Shown here in pieces: positions 47,374 through 60,119 of a stretch of DNA of 64,000 nt. Origin of the DNA: the human T2T-CHM13v2.0 reference genome, Homo sapiens; assembly GCF_009914755.1 (NCBI RefSeq), contig NC_060929.1. One strand, 5' to 3'. The first letter of the stretch is position 1. Each line of letters begins with the position of its first letter. Below the pieces are notes generated by a model. The model worked only from the letters and a program-made list of their open reading frames with translations. It had not been told where the DNA came from and searched no databases. The position numbers were made by a program, and so were the translations under genes.

Positions 47374-48393
47374 TTATATTTTGGTATGTTTTTGCAGTGG
47401 CTGGTACCAGTTTTTCCTTTCCATATTTAGTGTCTTCTTTAGGAGCTCCAGAGGCCTGGTGGTGACAAAATCCCTCAGGATTTGCTTGTCTGGAAAGGAA
47501 TTTATTTCTCCTTCGCTTATGAAGCTTAGTTTGGATGGATATGAAATTCTGGGTTGAAAATTATTTTCTTTAAGAATGTTGAATACTGGCCTCCCACTCT
47601 CTTCTGGCTTGTAGGGTTAATCCAGAGAGATCTGCTGTTAGTCTGATGGGCTTCCCTTTGTAGGTAATCTGACCTTTCTCTCTAGCTGCCCTTAAGATTT
47701 TTTTCTTCATTTCAACCTTGGTGAATCTGACAATTATGTGTCTTGGGGTTGCTCTTCTTGAGAAGTATCTTAGTGCTGCTCTCTTTATTTCCTGAATTTG
47801 AATGTTGGCCTGTCTTGCTAGGTTGGAGAAGTTCTCCAGGATAATATCTTGAAGTGTGTTTTCCAACTTGGTTCCATTCTCCCCATCACTTTCAGGTACA
47901 CCAACCAATCGTAGGTTTGCTCTTTTCACATAGTCCCATATTTCTAGGAGGCTTTGTTCCTTCCTTTTCATTCTTTTTTCCCTAATCTTGTCTTCACGCT
48001 TTATTTCATTAAGTTGATCTCAATCTCTGATATCCTTACTTCTGCTTGATCGATTCGGCTATTGATACTTGTATATGCTTCACGAAGTTCTCGTGCTGTG
48101 TTTTTCAGTTCCATCAGGTCACTATGTTTTTCTCGATACTGGTTATTTTAGTTAGCAGTTCCTGCAACCTTTTATCAAATTTCTTAGCTTCCTTGCATTG
48201 GGTTAGAACATACTTCTTTAGCTCAGAGGAGTTTGTTATTACCTACCTTCTGAAGCCTACTTCTGTCAATTCGTCAAACTCACTTTCCATCTAGTTTTGT
48301 TCCCTTGCTGCAGAGGAGTTGTGATCCATTGGAGGAGGAGAGGCATTCTGTTTTTTTGGAATTTTCAGCCTTTTTGTGCTGGCTTTTGCTCAT
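47374..48393 (-). pseudogene. L1 ORF1p (RNA-binding protein) remnant
   Basis: ATG at 48393 and TAA at 47374; fragment 47570-47971 reads EIWDYVKR.NLRL.GVPE..ENGTKLENTLQDII.ENF.NLARQANIQIQE..RATPRHIIVRF.KVEMK; frameshifted. Confidence 0.92.
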
Positions 48394-49972
48394 CTTTGTT
48401 GATTTATCTACCTTTGGTCTTTGATGTTGGTGACCTTTGGGTGCGGTTTCTGTGTGGACATCGTTTTTGTTGATGTTGATGCTATTCCTTTCTGTTTGTT
48501 AAGTTTTCCTTCTAATAGACACCTCTGCTGCAGGTCTGCTGGAGTTTGCTGGAGGTCAACTCCAGACCCTGTTGGCCGGAGGTCCACTCCAGACCCAATT
48601 TGCCTGGGTATCACTAGCGGAGGCTGCAGAACAGCAAAGATTGCTGCCTGTTCCTTCCTCTGGAAGCCTTGTCCCAGAGGGGCACCTGCCAGATGCCAGC
48701 TGGAGCTCTCCTGTATGAGGTGTCTGTTGACCCCTGCTGGGAGGTGTCCTCCAGGAGGCCAGGGGTCAGGGACCCACCTGAGGAGGCAGTCTGTCCCTTA
48801 GCAGAGCTCAAGCTCTGTGCTGGGTGATCTGCTACTCACTTCAGAGCCAGCAGGCAGTAACATTTAAGTCTGCTGAAGCTGCGCACACAGCCACCCCTTC
48901 CCCCAGGTGCTCTGTCCCAGGGAGATGGGAATTTTATCTGTAAGCCCCTGACTGGGGCTGCTGCCTTTCTTTCAGAGATGCGCTGCCCAGAGAGGAGGAA
49001 TCTAGAGAGGGAATCTGGCTATAGAGGCTCTGTGGAGCTGTGGTGAGCTCCACCCAGTTTGAACTTCCTGGTGGCTTTGTTTACACTGTGAGGGGAAAAC
49101 CGCCTACTCAAGCCTTAGTAATGGCAGATGCCTCTCCCTGCACCAAGCTGGAGCATCCCAGGTCGACTTCAGGCTGCTGGACTGGCAGTGAGAATTTCAA
49201 GCCAGTGGACCTTAGCTTGCTGGGCACCATGGGGGTGGGACCTGCTGAGCAAGACCACTTGGCTCCCTGGTTTCAGCCCCCTTTCCAGGGGAGTGAATGG
49301 TTCTGTCTTACTGGGGTTCCAGGTGCCCATGTGGTATGAAAAAAACTTCTGCAGTTAGCTCGGTGTCTGCCCAAACAGCTGCCCAGTTTTGTGCTTGAAA
49401 CCCAGGTCCCTAGTGGTGTAGGCACCTGAGGGAATCTACTGGTCTGCGGGTTGCAAAAACTGTGGGAAAAGGCTAGTATCTGGGCCGATAGCACAGGTCC
49501 TCACAGCACAGTCCCTCATGGCCTCCCCTAGCTATGGGAAGGAGTTCCCCGGCCCCTTGCGCTTCCTGGTTGAGCTGACACCCCACCCGGCTTCTGCCTG
49601 CCCTCCATGAGCTGCACCCACTGTCTAACCAGCCCCAGTGGGATGAACCGGGTACCTCAGTTGGAAATGCAGAAATCGCCCACCTTCTGCATTGGTCTTG
49701 CTGGGAGCTGCAGGCTGGAGCTGTTCCTATTTGGCCATCTTTGAGATTTTACCTTTGTATCAAAGTATTTCAAATTTGTATAAACTGTGGCTGTCCTATG
49801 TGGAACTCACAGGGCTGTGAGAAGTAAATGGATCACACATGTGCACCACACTTTGCATGGTGTCTTCCCCATAATATTAGCAACTATTTATTCACTATTT
49901 ACGAAGTGCCAGGCACCAAATGCTTCAGGCATATTATCCCCTTTACTTTTCACAATAAACTAATGAGATGGA

Positions 49973-50480
49973 TATGTTAGTTATTTATTGTTGTGTAACA
50001 AATTAGCCCAAAACTTAGAGGCCTAAACCAACAAGCTTTTATTATCTCTCACAATTTCTGAGGTTCAGGAAACCAGGAGGGTTTAGCTGGGTGGGTCTGG
50101 CTCAGAGTCTCTCACAAGGTTGTGGTCAAGCTGTTGGCCAGGACTGTAGTCATCTCAAGGCTCAAATGGGGCTGGAGAATCTACTTCCAAGCTCACTTGT
50201 GGTTTTTGGAAGGCCTGAGTCCTCACTGGCTGTTGATAGGAGCCTTCAGTTTCTCTCCACGTGGGTCCTTCCCTATGACTGCTCACAGCATGGCAGCCAG
50301 CTTCTTTCCGAGCAAGAGATCTGATGCAAGTAGGATGGAAGCCATGTATTTTATAACCCAGGCTGCAGTGGCATCCCATCTCTTCTGTTGTATGTTACTG
50401 GTCACACAGACCAACTCTAGTACAATGTGAGAGGGGACTAAACATGGGTGTGAATACCAGAAGACAGGTATTAGGGGATA
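49973..50480 (-). mobile_element. MLT1F-like MaLR solo LTR nested in a MIR
   Basis: tgtgtaacaaattagcccaaaacttag..ttagctgggtgggtctggctcag..ggggctggagaatctacttccaagctcact..cacacagaccaac..gtgtgaataccag; MIR halves at ~49870-49972 and ~50480-50650. Confidence 0.82.
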
Positions 50481-51968
50481 CTGCTGTTATCTCCTCCTTC
50501 ACAATGAGAGGATTGAGACCCAGAGAGCTTATGTAAGTAATCCAAGGTTGCACATTAGTAAGTTAAACAAACAAACAAATAAACTAGGTTTCAAATTTAG
50601 GCAGTTCGGTGGCAGCTTCTCCATTCTTAACCACAGCACTATTCTGTGTGCGGAGTAAGTAGCATATCCACATTAGCTATAATTGCTATTATTTCACTCC
50701 CAACAACCAGTCTGCAGAGTCATAATTCTAGGGTTGGACCTGCTTAAAGGCAAGAGTCCTACAGTAAACTTCTCTCAGCCTGGCAGTTTGAGTATGTACA
50801 AAAAAAATCTGAAAACAGGACTTTTACCTATATGAAGTATCCAGCCTTGTTAGGGCAACAGAACAGCAGAAATTTCTAAACTTTGAACTTCTATAGTAGT
50901 TGTTGCCCTTACTAGTTCTTTTTTTGTGTGGTGAGGGGGAACGCTTTATATATATTCCTTTTGTATAGTCATTTCCTTTTCCTACATGTATTGTTGCCTC
51001 TAAACTAGATTGTAAACTTCTCTTGGGTGGAGTTCTGTCCTATTCTTTGTTGAGGCCCACCTAGCATCAAGTAGAGTTACTTTTCACATAATGGGAATCC
51101 TCAACCAATATGTATTAGTGGGGATTATGTAAAATTGTTAGAGAACCCAAGGCAGTGTAATGAAATGGCAAAGCATAGAGCAGAAACTGATTGCCTTTTG
51201 ATGTCAAAAGAGAGGGAGGTTAAATTTTCTTCTTGAAATGTGTTCCTTTTTTGGGTGCCCCATCTTTGAGCTGTCTCTGAAGTATGCCCTTCTTTTATCT
51301 ACAACATAACACACTGTTTTGTAAAAATATCCCAGTCCCTGATCCAGCCATACCTCTCATTCCCACAATAGCCTTGGTGTTCTTGAGTGTCTGTATTATC
51401 CACATAATAGCTTTGAAAGGAGTCTCTCCTTATATTTTTGCAGAAGAACCTTCAGGTTTTGAAGTCTGAACTGTCATTGAGGAGGCTTTATCCATTGTCA
51501 GCCCTTGAGGTGAATGCGCATTCCTGTCAATGAACGAACGGTGTTGATTCCATTTGCACATTTTACCACAGAGTTAAACACTATGATTTCTTTCTCCCCA
51601 CCCCCATTTCAAAGTAAAATCACCCTCAACTTCTTTCTTTTCTGGTTTGCCTTTGCTTTAGCATAGTGTTCCAAATTCTAGCCATTGCTTGCAAAATGTT
51701 GGAAACCATCACAATTCTTATTTCTTTTCTTTATAGTCATTTCTTTTCCCTTGGCTCAGCCAAATTGAACTATATCAATTGCCACTTTCATTTCTTTCTC
51801 CTTTAATGCTTCCAAAGGATCAGCACTCCCTATGAAACCACTCCTCAAAAATGTGTGTGTATTTTATATATTGTCTTCCCTCAGGAGCCAGAGACTCCTG
51901 CAAAGGAAAATGAACAAGGACTACAGTGATAGCTCCATGGTATGGCTTTCCTTTTTTCTCATCTGTCA

Positions 51969-52226
51969 TTTTTTTTTTTCAGAGCAGGAGTCACACTCTG
52001 TCACCTAGGCTGGAGTGCAATGGTGCAGGGCTCACTGCAACCTCAAACTCCTGGGCTGAAGTGATCCTCCTGCCTTAGCCTCCCAAGTAGCTGGAACTAC
52101 AGGCATGTACTACTATGTCCAGCTAACTTTCATATTTTATTTGCAGACAAAGGGTCTCACTATGTTGCCTAGGCTGGTCTCAAACTCCTGGCCTCAAGTG
52201 ATCCTCCCATCTTGGCCTCCAGAAGT
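51969..52226 (-). mobile_element. AluJ (Jr/Jo-like), 5' end missing
   Basis: ctcaaactcctgggctgaagtgatcctcc..gggtctcactatgttgcctaggctggtctcaaactcctggcctcaagtgatcctcc. Confidence 0.88.
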
Positions 52227-53340
52227 AAAATTTTAATTTCCAATATTGACATTCCAAGTGGAGGAATGATTTCCTTGAGTATTTTAGTCCCACTCTTTAA
52301 ACTCAGAGAATGTGAAACAATAAAGATGGGAGAGAGGCAATTGGATCACCTAGCTTCTTGTTGCTCAGCTTGACAAGGGTGATTATTAGCACAATTCAAG
52401 GGACCTAAACTTTAGACTTTCCAAAATGTTCACTTTCAAAAAGCTGGTGTTGCAATGGAATGGCTATACTGGGAATCGGCGTCCTGGGCTCTGTTCCGGC
52501 TCTGCTACCTACAAACTGTGACCTTTCCTGGCTTCATTTGTTTCTACCGTAAAATGGGCAGATTCATTTGCTACATGAACAAACACTTATTGAGCCATGA
52601 TCGAATTCAAGGCATGGTACTAGGAGCTGTGATCTGGTCCCTGATATCCGCTCCAACCCTATGTTCTTCAACTTCTCTTCTCACGCTCTCTGTTCCATTC
52701 AGAATGTCATTTACCCAAGGTGCCAGTCTCTTGCTTCTTGCCTCCAGGTTTCTGTACTGTTTCTTACTCACCCTTCTGGTCTTCTAAGATTAGATGTCAC
52801 CTTCTGGAAGGCTTTTCTTACCCCCAAGTATGGATTTGGGGTCCCTTTCCATTGCAGCCTATATGCACTTCTCACTTCACACTACTCCCACTTTTTGGAA
52901 TCAATTCTTTACTTATCTGTCTCCTATTACACTGAGAAGTTCTTGAGGGTGGAGACCAGGTCTTACTCACTTTTACATTCCCAGCCCCAGCAACAACCAA
53001 TTATAACTAGTTTTTACTGATCATGTATTCTGTGCTCAGCTTTTTGCTAAGCATCTCATATCTATAACCTCAGTTAGAACTCAAGTAACCCTTTGAAGAA
53101 GAAACTTTTTATTCCATTTTACAACTAGAGAATGAGGCTTAGAGAAGTTATATTTTTTGCCCTGGGAAACTCAGCTGGAAAGAGACAGAATGGGGATTCA
53201 CACACAGTCAGTTTGGCACCAGAATCTCCACAATATGTACTGGGTGCAATATAGCTAGATGTTAAATGAATGAATGTTTCAGTCAGCCTCAGGGATGAAA
53301 CAGCAACGAATTCTGTGCTTAAGAAATGCATGATCTAAAG

Positions 53341-53683
53341 CAGGGGCTGCCAACTCCCAGACCACAAACCTGTACCAGGTTGTGGTCTGTTAGGAACCGG
53401 GCTGCACAGCAGGAGTTGAGTGGCAGGTGAAGCATCACTGTCTGAGCTTTGCCTCCTGTCAGATCAGCGGTGGCATTAGATTCTCATGGGAGCAAAAACC
53501 CTATTGTGAACTGCATGTGCCAGAGATCTTGGCTGTGCATTCTCTATGAGAATCTAACTAATGTCTGATGATCTGAGGTGGAACAGTTTCATCCTGAAAC
53601 CATATCCCCGCCCTATACCATCATCCATGAAAAAAATGTCTTCCATGAAACTGATCCCTGGTGCCAAAAGTTTGGGACTGCTG
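53341..53683 (+). mobile_element. MER1B hAT-Charlie MITE
   Basis: cagggg..ctgttaggaaccgggctgcacagcagga..gtcagatcagcggtggcattagattctcat..ccctggtgccaaaag..gggactgctg; imperfect 8-bp TSD atctaaag / atctagaa. Confidence 0.9.
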
Positions 53684-53691
53684 ATCTAGAA

Positions 53692-53850
53692 GGAGGAGAC
53701 TTGGAGGTGATGGATAGATTCATGGTCTTGATTGTGGTAATGGTTTCATGGATGTATACTTACCTCTAAACTCATTGGGTTGTATACATTAATGATGTAC
53801 AGCTTTTAATATGTCAGTCATCCCACAGCAGAGTGTTTTTTTTTTTTAAA
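53692..53850 (+). mobile_element. Old L1M (MC/MD-like) extreme 3' end
   Basis: ttggaggtgatggata..tcttgattgtggtaatggtttcatggatgtatacttac..aaactcat..ttgtatacattaa..gtacagcttt; flanked by a 19-bp direct repeat. Confidence 0.75.
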
Positions 53851-55319
53851 TAAGAAATGCATGATCTAATTGGTATGTGAGACATGAATGCATATCACTC
53901 GGTGTCATGAAAGAGTCTCTTTATCCTAGGAGCTCACAGCCCAGCCTGTCATCTCCTGTTCCAGGGGTTCTTGTCAGGGGTGATTCCCTCCTGCCACCAC
54001 TGGCCTGGCTGTGTTTTCTGTGGCTGTGCTCTGCTCTCCCCTGGTGGCTCAGAAGAGCAGGACTGTCACAATCCAGCCCATCAGGAAACAGGCCTCTTGC
54101 GGTAAGGGCAGAGGGGAAACTTTCATGTACTGGGAGAGTCTCCACCTGTGGGCTCCCCTTTACTCCTGCTAAGGTCCTTTGGAGTAGTTGGTATGATAGG
54201 TTTCAGAGACAAGGAATTGAAGTTCACAAAAGACAGCTGACATCTCATATCTTACAGGTAATGGAGGGTAAGGTCTGGCTTCAAATCTAAGTTACTTGCA
54301 GTGCAAAGTAGATTTCTATTATGGGGGGGATGTGAGAGCAAGTATAAAGATAACTAAGTGCCACCCCTGCCATCTGAATTGCCTGATGTTCTCACCATTA
54401 ATTACTGGTTTAAATTTTGGAAGGTTTTTTGTTTTTTTTTTTTGAGTTACTGTTTCTTGAGTATAAAACCAAGAACTCAGCAATTTGTTAGGAGAATAGG
54501 ATTCTAATGGGAAGTGACTTAAAGTGGATGTGTAGATGTGAGAAGGACCTGATTGGGCCTTTAGGGAAACCCCTGCAAAAATGAGAACAGACATTCTATC
54601 CAACTCTCTTCCAAACCTGTTTCGCTGGTTTGGCTAATTCCCAGAGCTAAGAAATCATCCACACTATTCTCTCCCCTCTCCCATCTCTGATTTATAACTC
54701 TCCTTCTCCACCTCCACCAAAGGGAGATATCTAGCAGTAGCCTGACTTTGACAAGGAAAGCCTAATGATACAGAGTTAGATATTGCTTAGAGTTCAGCAA
54801 TATCTAATTGTTTTTTAACAAAATGCAGCTCCCAAACAATTACGTATATACACACACATCTGTACGCAAGAAAAGGCCTGATTCCTAAGTATCTAGGCCT
54901 GTCTCCCAGCCATATCACAGGAAAGGGAAAGTGAAGAGAAAAAAGACTGTTTCATCCCTGCCCTTTATATGTTTTAATTATTACTAAAAAGTTATGATTG
55001 AAAGAAATGATTTCTAGCTAGCCAGCAATTAATTGATTTTCTGCCTCCCCAGCAAATACATATCTCCTAAGATTTGGATGAGTCTCATGGGCAGGGTGAA
55101 TGCTGGGCTGGGACCAGCTGTGTGTGTCCATCATAATCCCCTTTGGTCCCCAACCTAATCTGGAAGTGGCAGATCAGAATTAGTGGTCTTGGCAGCTAAG
55201 GAGGTTGAAAATGGGGTGGGAACAAAGGAAAGAAAGAGTATTAGCAGTAGCAGTAGCAGCACTAAACAAAGAAATGTAGAAAAAGCATCCTTGGAATGAA
55301 TCTTAAAAATCGCACAATC

Positions 55320-55470
55320 GATGGACTCCTAATATGCATCCCATGGATAGTCTTCAAGCCCCTTGAAATACAATACAAAACTCTGTGTGGATGGGCATTT
55401 TTTCTGGGCAAGGAATGTATGGTTTTTATTAGGGTCTCAAAAATCTTCATGATCCCTCAAAGTTAATGGT
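55320..55470. mobile_element. MER117-like hAT MITE
   Basis: ccatggatagtcttcaagccccttgaaat..gcatttttctggg..ctcaaaaatcttcatgatccc..aagtta. Confidence 0.5.
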
Positions 55471-55994
55471 CAATAGTCCAATCTACTGACCATTCTTTTC
55501 AGATGAAGAAACTAAGCCTGAAATGGGGTTCATCATCCAGGGTGACACTGTAAATTAGTGATAGGCCAGAATTTGGATCAATGTCTCCAAAGACATAATC
55601 CTATATATTCTACCACACTTCCTGTCTGTCCTGGTTTCAGGGTTAGCACTTGAGTGGTTGGTGGAGGTTTAAGGACATAGCTCCAAAAATACAGTGCATT
55701 GGTATCATTGGTCTTTGCCTCTCCCCACTCACCTTCATATAGGTCCTATCCTACATTGGAGCCCATTTATATAGTTTGACTTTCCAATACCTGATATCTG
55801 TTAAGACCCCATCATACCATTTTATTTACCTGAGGACGTGGTCACTGTAAGACTGTGAGGGTCTGTAGAAGCAAAGAGGTGGCTTTGGACAGTGGGGCAG
55901 GTCAGAGCAAACATTTCTCCTCAAGAAATATTTAACCTCTTCTGTCCTTGGATCAACCTAATATCTTCATCAGCCTTTGGTGTCCTTGATTATT

Positions 55995-56620
55995 TTTCAA
56001 TTTACTTTTCTGTTGAGGTACAGCTTACACACAATAAGATATATAAACTCTAATTGTAGAGCTTGATGAATTTTTATATAAGCATACATCTGTATGACTA
56101 CCACCTAGTATAGCACATTTGCAGCAGCCCAGAAGGTTCCCTTATGCTCTTTGCACTTAAATATAAACTTTTTCCTCACAAGCATCACCATTCTGACCTT
56201 TATTATGATAGATTTATTTTGTCAGTTCTTAAATATCCTATAAAGAGAATAATACAGCATGCACTCTTTTTTGTCTAGCCTCTGTGCTCAGTGTAATGTC
56301 TATGGGAGTCATCCACGTTAAGTATGGCAATAGCTCATTCTTTTCCATTGCTGCATAGTATTCCATTCTATCAGTCTATCATGTTTTATTTATCCATTTT
56401 CCTGCTGCAGATCATTTGGGATCATTTCCAGCTTTTGGCAATTATGAAAAAAGCTACTGTGGACATTCTTATACAGGTGGAGAAGGAGAGTTATAGATCA
56501 GAGATGGGAGAGGGGAGAGAATAGTGTGGATGATTTCCCCTAAGGAATGGAATTGTTGGATCATTGTATAAACATATGTTTAGATTTAGTAAACACAGCC
56601 AAACTGTTTTCTAAAGTGTC
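55995..56620 (-). mobile_element. L1M (MB/MC/ME-like) 3' fragment
   Basis: ttgaggtacagcttacacacaataa..gcttgatgaattt..ccagaaggttcccttatgc..ttccattgctgcatagtattcca..ggaattgttggatca..gccaaactgttttctaaagtg. Confidence 0.78.
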
Positions 56621-56663
56621 TATCCCAAACTCCCCTGATTTTAAAGTCAGCCAAACTTATCAC

Positions 56664-57195
56664 TGAGGACTGAACTCTGATCCTTTTGTTTTTCTTGCTA
56701 CAATTCTTTTCTAAGGTGCCTGGGAAATCATATCTAAGAAACCATAAAATCTTGTTAAATGGGTTTTTCTTCTGACCTGGCATATTATAGCTTACTCTCC
56801 AACCTGACTCTGGTATGGCATGGTGTAAGAGATGGCAGACCCCCTTTTCTAACTGAAGCATTCCTTTCTACTGACTCTAAGTCTTTAGACAAAGCCTAAT
56901 TCTTTCAACTAATTGCCAACTAGAGAATCTCCTGACCCACCTATGGCTTGTAAGCCTCTGCTCCAAGATGTCCTGCCTTTTTGTCTGAGCCAATGTATGC
57001 TTTCCATGTATGTATTTAATATTTTACCTGTGATTCCTGTCTCTCTGAAATGTATAAAACCAAACTGTAACACAATTGCCTTGGGCACATTTTCTTAGGA
57101 CCTCTTGAGATTGTGTTTCTCTGGGCCACAGTCACTCATTTTGGCTAGGAATAAACTTCAAATATGTTGGCAGGACTTGTTTTTTTCCCTCATCA
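56664..57195 (+). mobile_element. ERV1 MER4-group solo LTR (MER39/MER34-like)
   Basis: tgaggactgaactctgat..ccaacctgactctgg..tgtataaaaccaaactgtaa..aataaac..catca; 4-bp TSD TCAC at 56660-56663 and 57196-57199. Confidence 0.85.
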
Positions 57196-57639
57196 TCACC
57201 TACCTCAGACCTTTCCCAGATCCGTCTGCCTGTGTAATTGTCTGAATTCATCTCAATCCTAATTCCTGTATTAACCTCTTCCCTAACTTCAAATTCTCCC
57301 ACCTTGGCTTTACTGGGTCATCAAAAGTTAAATCTAATGCCTGATCTAATGTGGAAGAGCCCAGAGTGAACACGTGGTTCAACTCAACATTTCAGAAATA
57401 GAGAAAATGAAGCCTGAGTGTGGGTAGGTGAAGAGATTGTCCAGTGATGCTGAAAAAGTTCTCAGCTGACCTGAGATGACACAGGATTGCAAACTCTTTG
57501 ACAGCAGCAGGGGATATTTCTTATTCATCCTATCTTTTTCATCTTCCAAGCTTTGTAAAGCACTGATTATATGAAAATGCTTAAAGAATACTCGTCACAA
57601 GAAAAATGAACTGGAAAGATTCTTAGAGATGACGTAGTT

Positions 57640-58110
57640 TAGTGTTTGCCAAGTTGTGAAAACATGTAAGTCTGGCTTACAAAGATTTTAAGTGCTACCC
57701 TGTTAAATGACAGTGAGTCCCCTTTGATAAAGGTATTTCCTCTTCAATTCTCTTTTAATCATTGCAGTTAACTTGAGAAGAATGTCTCAATTTGGTTCTC
57801 TATGTCAACTCATTAACACTTGCCAATCTCTCCTCCTAGAAAAGGGAGAGTAAGACATTTAGCTGGATTTTCATGATGCTTTGTTTTTGTTGCACTTTTT
57901 CTTTGCCTTTTACAGTACTTATCTTCTTTTAGAGAATGTAATAAAAGTTTTTTATTTATGGCTGTGGTAGAAAGATTTCTTTTTTTCAAATATATTTATT
58001 TAAGCGTAGGCAAAAACAAGTGGTTTCACTTGAAGAAAAGGGTGAAAAATGGGGTATGCGTATGTGGCAAATAATCATGAAGGTGGTCAAGAATGACTGA
58101 CAGTTGATTA
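57640..58110 (+). mobile_element. MER113-like hAT-Charlie element
   Basis: ttcaattctcttttaatc..gtctcaatttggt..taacacttgccaatctc..atcatgaaggtggtcaagaatgactga. Confidence 0.68.
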
Positions 58111-58879
58111 ACATTCATCTAATTAAAACTTGTTTTTGATTAGGTGGGGAAACAGAGCCCAGGGAGAAGGGACTTGAGTGGCCCTTGGAGTTTTCTGCAA
58201 GGACCCTCAGTATAGTGCTCATTACGTACAAATCCAGTCATGGTACATATTACTTTGGGAAGGAAAGAGAGCTATAGCCTTAGGCTCCCCATTTATGGTA
58301 AAGGAGACTGAGAGATTATCTGGGGCATTTTAGAAGCTCTTCCACTGAATACACTTGTCTTTCCATAGACGCTTCTGTAGGCAGTTTGCTGTCTTGCCCA
58401 GAAGAGTGATTTGGTGGGAGAGTAGTGTTCCAACGACACTGTTGCGGTCATTGTGTAACTCGTGTGGCCCCTTCTCTCCTCTGTCCTAAGATAGGTATTG
58501 TCAAATGGCTCCTTCTCCAGTGCAGCTCCGCTTACAATAAACACCTTAGATGCTCCTGCTGTCAAATTGGTTCTCCTTCCTTAGCCTTAGAGCCCCACAG
58601 CCAATTTCCCTTTTCTGTTTTATCTTCAATAATTTTCCTGAACTGTCTCATATTCTAGCCACACTGAAACACACATCTTCCTTGTTTTCTTGTGCATTCC
58701 TTTTCAGTGTTCCCTGTTTCTGGAATGTTCCTTCTTCATCTCTGATCATCCACTTCCTACTGAGCACCTTTGACTACCCTCATCCAAAGGGCTCACTCTT
58801 TCAAGAACCCTTTTATGATTCTTGTAACTAGAGGCGATCTCTTTTTCTTTTACTGTAAACAGGATCCACATTTTGCTGA

Positions 58880-59100
58880 ATACCCTACTAAATGTAATTT
58901 GCAAAGTCCTGTTCAAGTGGATTATTTAATTTAATTATGATAATAAACCTCTGAGCTAGGTACTATTACTAAGGCTATCATTTTATAGTTGAGGAAACTG
59001 AGGCACAGAGAGGTTAAGTAACTTGCCAAGGGTCACACTGTTGACAAGCGGCAGAGCCAGGGTTTAGAAAAAGGTCTTTTCTAGTTCATAGTTCCCACTC
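58880..59100 (-). mobile_element. MIR
   Basis: Well-preserved core attttatagttgaggaaactgaggcacagagaggttaagtaacttgccaagggtcacac..ggcagagccaggg. Confidence 0.85.
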
Positions 59101-60119
59101 TTGATTGGCACACTATCCTGACCACCCTTGCTGCCTGCAGCTTTCTGTATTACAGTAGGTTAAATGAATTATGGGGAGTTCTTTGTTCAGCTCTTCCTGA
59201 GATTCTGCAGTAGCCAGACACATGTCTGAAGTGTGAAGATAGAGATAGTAAATGGCTTTTTTCTTACTGTCAGTGGTTTGGAAAGCTGAATCTGGCAAAG
59301 ATATCTGCCTTGTACCAACCTGGGTTGTCCACAGAGTCATAGCACCAGCAGCTGTGGAGTCATGGTAAGAAAGCTGGGCCAGGGGGGTACACCAGAGTGC
59401 ATTCTTTCTACTTTGATGCAGGGAGACTTCCCAGCTCACAGGAGGAGGAGTTCCAGCTTCAAGGAGAGCAAGAACTTGGCACCTGTCCCTGGGCTGCTGC
59501 AGCAGTAGCCTTGCACAGGCTCCTCCTGCCCAGGGACGCCATAAATCGCTGGGCCACGGACTTGACAGCCAGCTGCGATGTGATCAGAAAGCCAACAGGA
59601 GCCACTGCAGAACCTTTGGTGGCTGCTTCCTTCATGGGCCTCTCATCCATCATACTAGATGGAAAAGCCACTGGGATAGTCACCTTCTTTCCCAGTGGGG
59701 ATTCAGGGGTGAGACAGTCAAGTCCCATGTAGGCAGAGTGCATTAACTCTTTCAAAACAGCAATCCTTCATCTCAACAGAGCCCTTTCACATTTTCCTCA
59801 TGATTTCACGGCATTATCTTACTTAACTTCTTCCCATTCCTTCATCCATTTATTGAAAAAGTAACTCATACACCACTACCAGGCAAGAGGCATCACTTCC
59901 TAATAGCTTTTAAAAGATGAGAGAAAAGAAATGGTCCCATTTTACCGATGAGGGAACGGAGGGAGGAAGCCATGGAAAGCACACCAGCGCAGTAGGCAAG
60001 AGCTTTACATTTTAGTTCTGGGATTGCTATTACTATTAGAGGAAAGCTGGGAAAATCATTTTCTTTCTCTGAGACAGAGTTTATTCACTGCTTTTCATAA
60101 GTTATCTGTCCTTAGAGTT

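Noticed and set aside
58293-59755. ORFs of 90-111 aa on both strands (58293-58565, 59113-59439, 59397-59732, 59459-59755)
   Set aside because: No similarity to any protein I recognise, overlapping on opposite strands and with no convincing splice frame; consistent with chance ORFs in GC-richer DNA.
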